A model generated the notes under the pieces. It was given only the letters and a program-made list of their open reading frames with translations. It did no database searches and had not been told where the DNA came from. DNA of 20,000 nt from Sarea resinae. Taxonomy: Eukaryota. Below are positions 1-11,123 of the stretch, piece by piece. Each line of letters begins with the position of its first letter. Position 1 is the first letter of the stretch. The DNA is taken from NCBI GenBank assembly GCA_026026165.1, contig JAPEUD010000069.1:106170-126169 (forward strand). Reading direction: 5' to 3'. Both the position numbers and the translations under genes were made by a program.

Positions 1-1
1 C

Positions 2-1186
2 AAAGAAGACCAGGCCAACCTTCGCGGATTAGGTGGCTTAGAGCGCCTCTGTCGCGTTTACGGTAGCGCCGCGTATCTCGAAAAGGCAATGAGTGACTGG
101 AGTGACGATATTGTACGTGTAATTCCCTAACTCATCTTATCTGAAATCCTCAATCGCCTAATGCATCATCATACAGTTCTTTCTTGAGCTTTGGGAAGAG
201 CTTCAAGACAGAGCAAGAGGGAACACAGGAAACAGGAACCTGGCAGGTCCCATGAGTTTTGAAGACGTGGCCGAACGAACTTCTAGCGCCGTCGGATCTG
301 ACAGCGACTCGGGGGCTCTCTTCGACGAGACTGCTGCTGCCTATAAGAAGCTGCGCGTCAGGGCCGAGGGGATCATCGTTGACACGCTTACCTATAATGT
401 GCGTGAAGCTCTGCGTCCCTATTCACGAATGTAAGTATCTTTACTCCCCTCAAAGTCATGTTTTCTTTCATTCTTTTCTGCCAAAAGGAGAACTCTTTTC
501 TTATCTGACCCCACCATAGAAGCCCTTGGTCGGCTCTCGGTCCCTCAGACCTCACAGCAACCTCAACCACCACGACTGCTGAACTCGCCCCTCTCCTGAC
601 CTACCTAACCACCTCCTTTTCGTTCCTCAGCTCCGCCCTGTCGACCGCGCCCCTCCGTCGCATCGCTCGCCCTGTCGCTCAAACTCTCAATACATATATG
701 CATGACTGTGTTCTCCGTAATCTATTCTCTACGGCCGGCAGTGCCCAGTTCGCTCGCGATGTGGCAGCCGTCTGCGGCACGCTGGACCAGTATTTAGGAT
801 ACGGACAGGCAGAGAGGGCTGGGATGAGAAAGATCCGGGAGGAAGTGGTGCTCTTAGGTCTGCCAGTAAGAGCATCTGGTAAGGGCAGAGGGAGTCAGAG
901 TGGTGGAGATGTAGATGGCGGTGATGAGGAAGAAAACGGAGAGGGCCTGGGGGCCTGGGACGACGATATAGGGCTGTCATCGTCCCATGCTCCTGACGAT
1001 AAGGAAACCCCTGAAGGGAGTAACCAAAGTCCTTCTCTGGGCTTATGGGAAGTGGAGTCACGCCTCTTCCAGGACAACGAGAGCGCCAGGGCTGTGCTAC
1101 AGTATCTGGGGCTTGAATCCTTGTCCGAAGCAGATGCGAGACACGTTCTAGGACGGCGGGTAGAGCTGACTAGCACGGGTGTGTGA
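2..1186 (+). CDS. TIP20: RINT-1/Tip20 family protein (Dsl1 ER tethering complex subunit), 3' portion; gene starts upstream of the window
   Basis: Exons <2..112, 177..430, 520..1186. Introns 113..176 (GTACGT..CTAAT..CAG) and 431..519 (GTAAGT..CTGAC..TAG) keep the frame. Translation LERLCRVYGSAAYLEKAMSDWSDDIFFLELWEELQ..GALFDETAAAYKKLR..FSTAGSAQFARDV matches fungal RINT-1/TIP-1 proteins. Stop TGA 1184..1186. Confidence 0.85.
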
Positions 1187-1958
1187 GATGTACAGAGCTG
1201 GTTTGTCTGTTGACTGCGCATTGGCATTCGGATCGGCGTGAGAAGGCGTATCATGAAGTCGAAGCTGAAGGAACGTGTCGCATCAGCCCGACCAGATATT
1301 CCAAGTGACCTAGGATAAGGTTTGCGAGGTCAGATTGATTCACTTCAGCAAGTTGAGTAGATTCTAACTTTACTGGATCATGCTGTTCTCTTCTATATCC
1401 ATCCCAAGAAATAACAAGACTCGCTTCTGATTAAATCTCCTTTGCTCGTCGCGATACCATGAATATTCAAAATATAAGCAAGTATGCCAGTCTCCTATCA
1501 TCGACCTTCCGCCTTGCCGTTTTGCAGACTACATCCTCTTCGACAACAATTTCACCTCTTCGCACAATAGCAGCATTGACATGAACCTCTACGCTGAGCT
1601 TTCCGAATAATACGCATTCACATTCATCCTGCCCCCCGTTGACAATAGCAAATTCAGCCGTCTCTATTACGGCAAAACATTCACACACTGTCTGAGCTTT
1701 GAATCTTTTCAGCCATCTAATTATTTGCTCGCACCTTGTCTGTCTATCCCTTCTCTTTCCTGCATTTCTTCTCTACAACTCCACACACATCCTGCTTCCT
1801 TCCAGCCCACGTCCAGCTTCTGCGATAGACTTTAGATTTTCTCACGTCGTTCAGCTCGACCCCTTTCGCAATCAGCGCATCAAATCCTTCGGGGAGAGTG
1901 CTTTCCTAGCTTCAAGGTTCGCTCGTAAGGCTGGTCCTTCAAGAGCTCTTCTACTGCA

Positions 1959-1989
1959 GTCGGTCGGTCGGTCGGTCGGTCGGTCGGTC
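1959..1989. repeat. (GTCG)n microsatellite, ~8 units
   Basis: gtcggtcggtcg...ggtc read directly. Confidence 0.95.
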
Positions 1990-2192
1990 ATAGAGTCTAG
2001 ACGTCCAATCATTCACCCTTTCCTCCTCGCTGGACTTCGGGGATTCTTCGCAGATTCATTCACCACATCCTAGATCCGAGGCAATTTCGTTTGCAGAAAT
2101 CAGAAGCGTTATTCACTCCTTCATACCTACCCAACCTTCCTTTTCCCGCTGGATCTCGAGGATACTTTGCTAGAAGCAGTCTTGTCTACTAC

Positions 2193-2222
2193 TACCACCA
2201 CCACCACCACCACCATCACCAT
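2193..2222. repeat. (ACC)n microsatellite, probably in the 5' leader of the orphan gene
   Basis: accaccaccaccaccaccaccatcacc read directly. Confidence 0.9.
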
Positions 2223-2403
2223 CGCCATCCCAACCTCGCAGGATCCGAGGTCAAGAAAGCAGAAGCAACACGAGAATTACTCTAGCTCAAATAGTCCAAT
2301 CAAGAAGGTAGTCCAAGATGTCGGTAAGTGTGCCATTCTCTCTGTCCTACGCTCTCCGACCCCCCATGCTTCAGATATCGTCAAGTCCTTTTCCGCATTC
2401 TCA

Positions 2404-4186
2404 ATGAAAGCTCCTGTTCCCATCCCCGTTTCCATTCCAGGAACCAAGGGTCAATATGTATATCACGCACGACTAACGCGCCACACCAAACAGGGCATCC
2501 GCAACCTCTACGTGAACCTGATGGCCAACCACATCGAGCGCCATCGCAAACAGAAGACCTTGAAGCAGGTGTCGCGCTCGGAGATGGAGATGGTGTTGAT
2601 CCGGGAGCTGGACGCGGCTGTATTTCCGATCGACTATAAGATCTCTTGGTATCATGCGGTATGTTGATCTTAATTTGTCAATCTTCCCCAACCGTGAGAC
2701 ATTTTCGTGGATCTTTCTATTCTCTTTTGCTATCCTCGATGATATCGTTCTCTATCTCGCCTTTTGTCTTGCTCCCCTGCTGGTTATCGAGCCAAACCCC
2801 AATCTCTAATACACCATCCCTTATCACAGGTCCTCAACACAGCCATCTTCGACGACTTCTGGGCGGGCATGAAAGTGCTGCACCACTTATCTTCGCGCAG
2901 CACCGCGCGCTACTTGCCGGACGTGTCGTTGTTCGAGTACGAAGACCCGGAGAAGAAAGCGCGCCATCAGAAGCGTCACGGCGCGGGTCCCGATTCCGGC
3001 ACACCGACCACTCTGACATCGTCCGGTGCCCACCATTATCCTTCCTCATCCTCATCCTCTTCCTCATCCTCTTCCTCATCCTCTTCCTCATCCTCTTCTT
3101 CTTCGTCCGACGAGGAATCTGAAGACGAGGACGTCACCACGGCCCATGGTCCTCATGCCGGCTACGGTGGAGCGAAAACCGCCAGCATGGATGACGAGGT
3201 CCAGAATCAGAAGAAGAAGAAGAAGAAGAAGAAGGTAGAATCTTGCCCTCCCCCCTCGTCCTCATCATCCTCCTCGTCTCCTTCGTCCTCGGATTCGGAA
3301 TGCGAAGGCATCCGCACCAGCCGTCCGCCGACCCCGCCCTCATCGGGTAAGACACGGGCTACGGCGTCATCGGCCAAAAAGACACCAGCGCGTTCCGCAT
3401 CAACCACCAGCGGCGGCCGCGGCGGCGGCAAGAAAGCAGCCCCCAAGAAGCCTACCTCATTGGCGGCGGTAACAGCAGCGGCGGCTGCGGGGGCGGCGGC
3501 AGGGTCTGGCATAGCCACCATGGCGGGGAAGAGTATCGGTAGTACTGCTGCGCGAGCAAAGCCGACTGGCAAGGGCAAGGGCAAGGGAAAGGGAAAGGGC
3601 CCAGCACAGAGGAAGTCTCGCGTGAGCAACAAGGGCGCTGTGACCAAGGTTAGTTGCTTACGTTTTCGGACCCCTCTTATTCTGCCTCACCTTTTTTTCT
3701 TTTTTGCCTTTTTCCCCATCGTCCATCCGTCTTCCTCGCTGCCCCGCTCTCTCTACGCTATTCCGACCTCCAAAATATCACTCATCCCTATCTCCTACAT
3801 CTGCATGTGTGCATACGCCGTCCATCACAGGCCGCTCTCCCCCCCGTCCCCTCCTCCCCCCGTCCCCTCCTCCCTCCCTCCCCTTCTCGTTTTCTTTCTT
3901 CTTTCCCCCCTCCGCAGTTTCGAAGACGAATTAAACACTCTCACTCTCACACTTCCCCACTACACCAAAAGAAAAGAAAAAGGGCCAATCTAACTCTTAT
4001 CGCGTCATCTCAAAGCCACAAGCCTAGCCGTCCCCAAAACCTGAGGGCAGTTACGCCAACCCAAGCCCAACCCAAGCCCAAGCCTTCCGCCAACGCAAGC
4101 TAGCTCTCCATCCTGGACCAAACCAAACGAGAACCAAATCTCAAAAACTAAAACTCAAAGCCAAGGGCGCAATGCAAAATTCCTAA
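2404..4186 (+). CDS. Hypothetical protein: ~130-aa putative globular N-terminal region followed by poly-Ser/acidic, poly-Lys and Ala/Gly/Lys-rich tail (about 361 or 410 aa depending on last exon)
   Basis: Exon 2404..2658, intron 2659..2829 (GTATGT..CTAAT..CAG, phase 0, joins WYHA|VLNTAIFDDFW), exon 2830..3648, intron from 3649 (GTTAGT, polypyrimidine-rich, CTAAC at 3990). The last exon is either 4016..4027 (AAG acceptor, PQA*) or 4028..4186 (TAG acceptor, 52 aa). Start is uncertain: ATG 2404, or ATG 2318 followed by a GTAAGT donor at 2324. No family recognised. Confidence 0.65.
3041..3234 (+). repeat. Coding low-complexity tracts: poly-Ser (TCC/TCA/TCT with 12-nt periodicity) and (AAG)8 poly-Lys
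   Basis: tcctcatcctct repeated at about 3043..3108; aag x8 at 3211..3234. Confidence 0.9.
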
Positions 4187-4716
4187 GGACGGTTGGGAGG
4201 ATATCAGGGAGGGAGGGAGGGAGGGACCCCTTTAGGGAAAGAAAGTGGTGAGAGTTTTGGGGGATAGGTTCGGTTGGTGTGGGTTTTTTTGTTTGTTTGT
4301 TTTTTTCTCTCTTCATTCTGTCTGTGTGGATTGAATGCAAGAGAAAAGATTGGGATTCGAGAAATAATATCTCAAAAATCTTTTCAGGCGAGATGGGAAC
4401 AGAAGTTGGGGGACAGAGTTGGAGAGAGAGAAAGAGAGAGAGGGGTGTGTTCTTTTCTTTTTTCTATCTATGTATCTAGATTAGGTAATCTAGCATTCTA
4501 AATTTCTGGTTTGAAGAGTAAAAAAAACGATGGTCGTCGTTTTAGAAGTGGTTGTTATAATGAAGTAGGAAGGGAAGGCGCGAGGATCTTTTCTGTCTGA
4601 TTGAAAGGCAGGAGACAGGGATACCGACAACGACGAAGGGGAATGGGAAGCGGGAAAGCGCCATACGTAATACATCAATCTTACAGGAGATTTGGGGACT
4701 CCCCTCATTCACTCAC

Positions 4717-7700
4717 TCACAAAACCCTCTTCTCGACCTTCTCCTCATAAGCCTGGATGAGATCGCCCACAGCAAAGGCATCCCAGCCCTCGAAGCCGAG
4801 CCCACACTCGCCGCCCTTGCGCATCTCAGCGACGTCCTTCTTGACCTGCTTCAAGCTCTGCAGGGTGCCATCGTAGACGACGTCCTTGGCGTTCCGGAGG
4901 ACGCGGACCTTGGCGTTGCGGGCCACGACGCCATTGCGGACCTTGCAGCCGGCAAAGGGCCGGCGGCGACGGCCGCCGACGCCAATGTCGAAGATCTGCG
5001 CCACCTCGGCCTCGCCCACCACGCGGCTGGTGACGAGCGGCGGGAGGCGCTCCGAGAGCTTGGCCCGCACACCGTCGACGAGCCGGTAGATGATGTTCTC
5101 GTCGAGGATCTCGACGCCCTCGGCCTCGGCCAGCCGCGAGATGTTCGGCTCCACCGGCATGTTGAACGAGATGATGTAGCCGTGCGCAACGGCAGCGTGG
5201 TCGATGTCGAATTCGCCGACGGGACCCACGCCCGATCGGAGCACGTGGGCGCGCACTTCGGAATTGCCGAGCGCGGAGACTGAATTGACGACGGCTTCGA
5301 CCGAGCCGCTGACATCGCCCTTGACGATGAAGAAGACCTCCTTGATGCCCGGGCCGGCGGCGGTGGCGGTATCGCCCTCGGTTGACTCAATAGCACCATC
5401 AGTCTCGGTCATTAGCTGCTGGCGGATGCGGTCGCGGTCGCGGTCGCGCTTCTCTTGCTCGGCGCGGCGGTTCTCATTGATGGCATCCATGTCTTCGGCG
5501 AGCTTGAATCGCTCGGCGCGCTCGACGCGGAAATCGACGACCCGTTTCGCCTTCTGCTCGCCTTCAGCCTGGAGGACCTCGTCGCCGGCATTGGGTTGTT
5601 CCTTCCAGCCATCGACTTCGACAGGCGTGCCGGGGCCGGCTTGTTCGACTTCTTGGCCGGCTTCATTACGGAGGGAACGGACGCGGGCCCAGGTTGAGCC
5701 TGCGACGATCGCGGCTCCGGCCCGCAGGGTACCGCGGCGGACAAGCACAGTGGCGACGCGACCGGCCTTTTTGGTAGTAGCTTCTAGGACCCAGCCCTCG
5801 ACGGGTCCCGTGGTATCGCCACGCATGTCGAGGATCTCGGACAACGTGATGGCGGCCTCTTCAAGCTCTTCCATGCCTTGGCCCGTCTTGCCGCTAACGC
5901 AGACGACTTGAGTGTCGCCACCAAAGTCTTCGACGTCGACGCCGTGGCGGGCGAGATCATGCTTGACGCGCTCGACGTTGGCTTCTTCTTTGTCGATTTT
6001 GTTGACGGCGACAATGATGGGGACCTTGGCTGCTTTAGCGTGGTTGATGGCCTCAATGGTCTGGGGCTTGACACTGTCATCTGCAGCCACGACTAGGATC
6101 ACAATGTCCGTGACGTTGGCGCCGCGTTGGCGCATGTCTAGAAAAGCAGCATGGCCTGGAGTGTCGAGGAAAGTGATCAGTTTGCCAGAGGGCATGTGCA
6201 CGGAAAAGGCACCGATATGCTGAGTGATTCCACCGTGTTCCGATGCTGCTACAGAAGACTTGCGTAGCCAGTCAAGGAGGGTAGTTTTGCCATGATCGAC
6301 GTGGCCCATGATAGTGACGACAGGAGGTCGAACAGGAAGGAGGGATTTGTCTTCGGGAGCTGGCCGTGGCCGCAAGTCTTCTGACTCGCTCTTGTCAACG
6401 ATAGGTTCATAGTTGTATTCCATAGCGATCAAACCCGCAGTCTCTGAGTTCAGTACGTGATCATGGCTCGTCTCTTCAAAACCAAGCTCCTCCATTTTCG
6501 CCACGAAATCATCTACCCGGACCCTCAAAGCCGAAGCGAGATTGCCGACACTGATATATTCTGGAAGCATGATCGGAATGGTCGAGGCAGCAGCTTTCTG
6601 GGCAGCTCGCTGTGCAGCTTTCTCCTTCTTGCGTTGTCTCTTTCGGTCGGCTCGTTGAGCTTCTTGTGTGTCCTCATCTTCGTACTCGGTCGCAAATTGT
6701 TCGCGCCTACGTGATTTATCCCGCCCACGACCTTTAGCCTCCTTGCCGTTCTTTGAAACGCTGCTTGCCTCTTCGTCCTCAGAGGCAAATTTTTCCCGCC
6801 TTCGACGTTCTCTTGCAGGCCTCGTCTCTTCCTCTTGGTAGACTTCCTCCTGATCCTTCGTTGACTTCTCAGTAGACTTTTCAGTAGACTCTTCTACAGT
6901 CGGGCCGTCTGACTGGCTCAGAGCCTGGGGTACGTATGAAAATTGAGGGCGATCCTCCTCCTTGACAATGCTTGGCTCCTCCTTAGATGGTAATGATGTT
7001 GTGCTCGATGCGGCGCTTGCTTCTGAATCAGCCGCTGATCTCCCTTTTCTTGGCCCGTTGAATCCAACAAACCCTCCATTTCTCGCAGTATCCTCTCGAA
7101 CCCTACGTTGGCTTTCGAAACGCTCGAGCTTGTGCGGCGCTGGGTCAGGACCTTCAGGACTACCATTATTCTCTTGATCACGACGGCGGTTGACGTGCCG
7201 CCAACTCGAGGCTACACTGGGATCGAACTCATTCTTTCCTCGTTCGCTGGTTGTATCAGAGACAGGCTTCGATCCGCGGTTCGCCGTACGAAAGTTTTTG
7301 CCTAGATGTCCTATTCCTTTAGTCGCTTCTGCACGATTGTTTCTTTGCCGATGAGGTGGCTTCTTGAAATCTGCCACATGATTGGTGTTGACCGACGGAT
7401 CGAGTTTTGCGCTCTCGGCATGGTGAGCATTCGAATTCTTCTCTGTATGCGGTACGGGAGCCACATGTCCATGATTCGTTGCCTTCATGCTCCAAATCCT
7501 CTGGCCCCCTTCCGCTGCTTGGTGAGGTTTGAATGAGAACTGACCCTCGCCAGCACTGGCTGATCCAAATCTCGTAGGGCGCGTAGGATGTCGATGGTCA
7601 TGATGAGTCTGGGCTTTCTTCTGCTGTATTATCCTATTTCTTAGTGCCTCCTCTTCTGGCGATAAGCTCGCTGCGACAGGTCGGCGGCCCCAGCCGCCAC

Positions 7701-7974
7701 TCGACCCAGAGGACTGTTGATCCTGATCTTTTTCTGGAACGGGAGCAACAGCAGCAGCGGGACCTTCAGCGGGTAACGGACGTGAAGACTGAAGATATCT
7801 GCGCTGGACGTGCAGCGGTCGACGGGCGGGTGAAGCTTCTACACCGAGCTTGTTTGCGCAAAAGACGCAAAGGGATTGGCTCGAGGAGGCCTAACATAGA
7901 AATTTAGATCTTTTCTAGGCAAAACAGCTATATCGGATTATTTTGCTTACCCTGAAAGCCCGCGGGCACGACAT
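4717..7974 (-). CDS. IFM1: Mitochondrial translation initiation factor 2 (IF-2mt), ~1065 aa
   Basis: GTPase motifs [27 protein letters not shown] and NKID, plus IF2 domains ([18 protein letters not shown]). The frame stays open upstream of the ORF-track ATG (7488) to an acceptor. Model: exon1 7974..7951 (MSCPRAFR), intron 7950..7891 (GTAAGC..TAG), exon2 7890..4717. The N-terminus is Arg/Ser-rich with LCVFC, like a mitochondrial presequence. Confidence 0.95.
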
Positions 7975-9239
7975 TGAGAGCTGATCTTACCTCTGAGGTA
8001 TCATCAGCAACGGGACAGTATTTGTTAGCAATGGCCGGCAGGAGGGACACTGCTCGTGGATGGGTTGTATGGATGATGATGCTTCGGACACCACTAACTG
8101 TTTTGCCGACACTTTTTTACGACGGTACTTCACACTTCCCCATGGAGATATCTCGGTCGCCTAATTAAGGGTACTTTGAGACGCAAACAATGCAAACACC
8201 ACCCTATCGGCACTCGAGTAGATCTCCAGCTGGTCATCAAAACTGATTAATTTATGATTATTGTATGGCTAATACGATTACCTTAAGATTGTTGTTTGAT
8301 GGCTTCTACAATACCACACGCTGCGCTGCGGACAAGCCTTCCAGTCCATACTATTTCGGCGGCTATGTTCAAAGTCCTTCGATTGCTATAAACAGCCACC
8401 GACTCAAAAAGACGCCCTTCGCCCTGACCAAGGATGAAGCTCGATTTGGCAGCCAAGGCTGCAGCACGGCTGGTTGCCGTTGATGGCAGGCATTGCAATT
8501 ACCATGTCGTGTTTGGCATTGTGGGAACTTATGTTCTTGGTGATAGTTCAGATCAATGCTCGTCATGCTTCTTGATACGTAAGGTAGGTATTGAACGAAA
8601 GGAAAGGGTTGTGCTGTGAAGTTTCGCCAAGTATGAGATTCCATGCATTCAATACGCCTGTCTGCATTTTCGTTTTGGTCCCGACAGGATGCGAACCCGG
8701 GAGGAAATCAAGCTATATATATCTATTTAACACTATATATCCTAACGAAAGGTTGTATGGTGTAATGGTATAATCGGACAGCTGTTACAATGCAGCGTCC
8801 TGTATAACACGCGGCGTTCTGCCTTTGTATGACCTCACCCGCGTGTATGTATACATTACCATTAAGAAATCCGACATAATGATATGAGATCCCCTTTCAA
8901 TGCTGGCTTAACGCCAATGAGATAATCCCAGCGGGGGGTTTCGTAGGATTACTCGAATGGGTAGTCTGAGCTTTTTGCTTCCCTGCCTGATGGCCTGAGA
9001 TGATTGTTTTTAGATAGGTCATACATATACCACAGTCTAGCAACAACAACCATAAAAATGGCAAGTCTCGTATTCGGCATTGACAACGAGAATTCGGAGC
9101 TCGTCCAGATATAGTCAACGGTTGAGGGATCTCTAAGACACTGTAGCCATGCTCTAGGGTCTTCGCTTTCGTGCGTCTGAAACAGCAGTGCGAGATCCGT
9201 TCTTCTTAGATATGTGGGTTTACTAGCTAGCTAGTAGTG

Positions 9240-10527
9240 CTACCACTTTTTCGGCGCCGAAACAACAGTCCGCGAGAATGTCGCGCTCATCATACTCTCC
9301 GGGCTCTTCATGCGCTGCTTAGCTTGGATGCCAGTGCGGTCAGTGACCGGCGTGGCATTGATAATGTCGTCAAACGCATCGTCTTCGCCGTTGTCAGAGT
9401 CCGCTTCGACATCCGAGTCCACAGTGAGAGTGTCGGGGCGCGTAATGCGCTCTGGTGCTTGCTTTTGGCCCTCGCCGTTGTTTGAAGGGTTAGTAAACGG
9501 TCGCGATTGCAAGACGCGACGCCGCAGCTCAGCCATCTCTTCTTCGTCGTCTTCATCTGAGGACGGAAAGTCTAGGGGGTTGCGCTGTTCCGTGTCGTCA
9601 TCCTTATCATCCTTCTCATTTCCCTCGTTTGATCCTTTTTCATCACTATCATCACCTTCTTCGTCGGAATCGACGCGAACCTGTCGGTTCATGTTGCCTC
9701 CTTTCCAGGCATCTTCTTCCGCGGCACCAGCCGGCCCACCTGCTCTGCTCTCTGCATATTCACGTTCGATCTTGTCTAGCCAGACCTCCTCGGCTTTCTT
9801 TATTTCCTCCTCGCTGGAACACGCGGCATAGCGCTTCAGTAAAGATGAATTGATTTCGAGAAAGGCTTCGCCATAAGAAAAGGGTGAAAGTATGTCTGCT
9901 GCCCAGTCGGCATGTCCGCAGATATAAAAGCAAGCAGCCAGAGCCTCAGCACAGTTCAACCGCCATGGGCGACCGTAGTTGACTGTATTTGCGGCAACAA
10001 GATACGGTACTGTAATTAGCTGTTAGTGTTCATGAGGCTCAATGGCAGGGGATTTGCGGATGCGGACGTAGTCTTTCGCATTTGCCCCCAATCTTTGCGA
10101 ACGGCACCTCCGTTAATCGCGCCCACGAACACTCTACCACCGCTGCACCATACTGATCGAGCAACTCCTTATCTGCGGGTGAGACTACCTTTTTGGCATT
10201 GGGCCTTTGATCCTGGTCAGCTCTCTCTTATGCGCAGAGGCGACTCCGAGGATATATGCCACGACAAAGAACTACCTACGAGACCACAACACCAGCAAAC
10301 TTTTGTCCCACGTGAAGATCGCGCATGAGTCCACGCTTCATGAGCTTTTTCCCTGAGCATCTCTTGGGATCGCAGTGCCCAAGGTCCCAGCATGCTGCCT
10401 TGTAAGGTGGGCGCGGACGAGAAGCGCCTTCTTCGCCATCGTCGCCAACAGGACCGCCCCGCTGTCGACGAGGATTTGAGTATTTGGATCCCCGAGAGGA
10501 GAAATTATCTTTCTTGTGGCGGACCAT
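9240..10527 (-). CDS. TSR3: 18S rRNA aminocarboxypropyltransferase Tsr3, ~384 aa
   Basis: Exons 10527..10280, 10204..10068, 10009..9240 (1155 nt). Motifs [61 protein letters not shown] and FSYGEAFLEIN, then an acidic C-terminal tail. Confidence 0.96.
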
Positions 10528-11102
10528 GATCACGCCAGTGGTAGTAAGGAGCAGCGCAGGTGATGAGCACGAGTGATAGTGGTCTGAATGATAGCGATTA
10601 CAATGATGGTAAAGATTGTTATAGGAATCTTAGATCTGCCATAAGGTAGTACGGATATACTGTGGCTTACTATGGTATGACGGTGTGTGTGGCTCTTGAA
10701 AGTAAAGTGGAGGTACCTCACGGGAATGCGCACCTCGTAAGTACAAGCCCGACAAGTATCTTCAGCCCATGGTCAGCCTACCTGGGTACTTGTAGACTGA
10801 CTAATCTCAGGTATTGCCGCTGCCTGGCTCGGTCTCCTTACTCTTCTTGCTCCCACTGGCTATGCCCCACCACGGACACGGGCACTGGGCACCGTCGTAT
10901 GCTGTTGATGCTACCACGTACGAATACCTACGAATACCTCACGCTGCTACACCAACACTTGCCTTTTCTCATGACAGCTTCAGATTACCATTCACCTCAA
11001 TTAGACAGTCCGGTTCGCCTGCTCATTCGGGAGCCGCATTGATCGATCTCATTACACCGGCCGGATCTCTCATCGGCTCCTGGTCTCGTCTCATCCGTCA
11101 CC
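10528..11102. promoter_or_regulatory. Divergent (bidirectional) promoter region shared by TSR3 and GGA
   Basis: About 575 bp between head-to-head start codons. Inferred from gene geometry only. Confidence 0.7.
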
Positions 11103-11123
11103 GTGGAGGCAGCATCTGCGCGA

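Noticed and set aside
1459..2073. Short ORFs between TIP20 and the orphan gene (1467..1688 -, 1699..2073 +)
   Set aside because: No recognisable protein similarity, non-ATG starts, one runs through a microsatellite, and no consistent splice model could be built.
4851..6223. Long overlapping and antisense ORFs within IFM1 (for example 5204..5911 +, 235 aa)
   Set aside because: Shadow ORFs expected from very high GC3 in the real CDS; Ser/Arg/Ala-rich with no motifs.
9221..9242. 16-bp palindrome TACTAGCTAGCTAGTA right after the TSR3 stop; possible readthrough signal
   Set aside because: It is a (CTAG)n micro-repeat that is self-complementary by nature. Readthrough would add only a few residues before the next TAG, and the context is not CARYYA.
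10560..10587. Box C (GTGATGA) and box D (CTGA) snoRNA-like motifs
   Set aside because: Only about 28 nt apart with no terminal D box further on; the region is the antisense of the TSR3 5' UTR.
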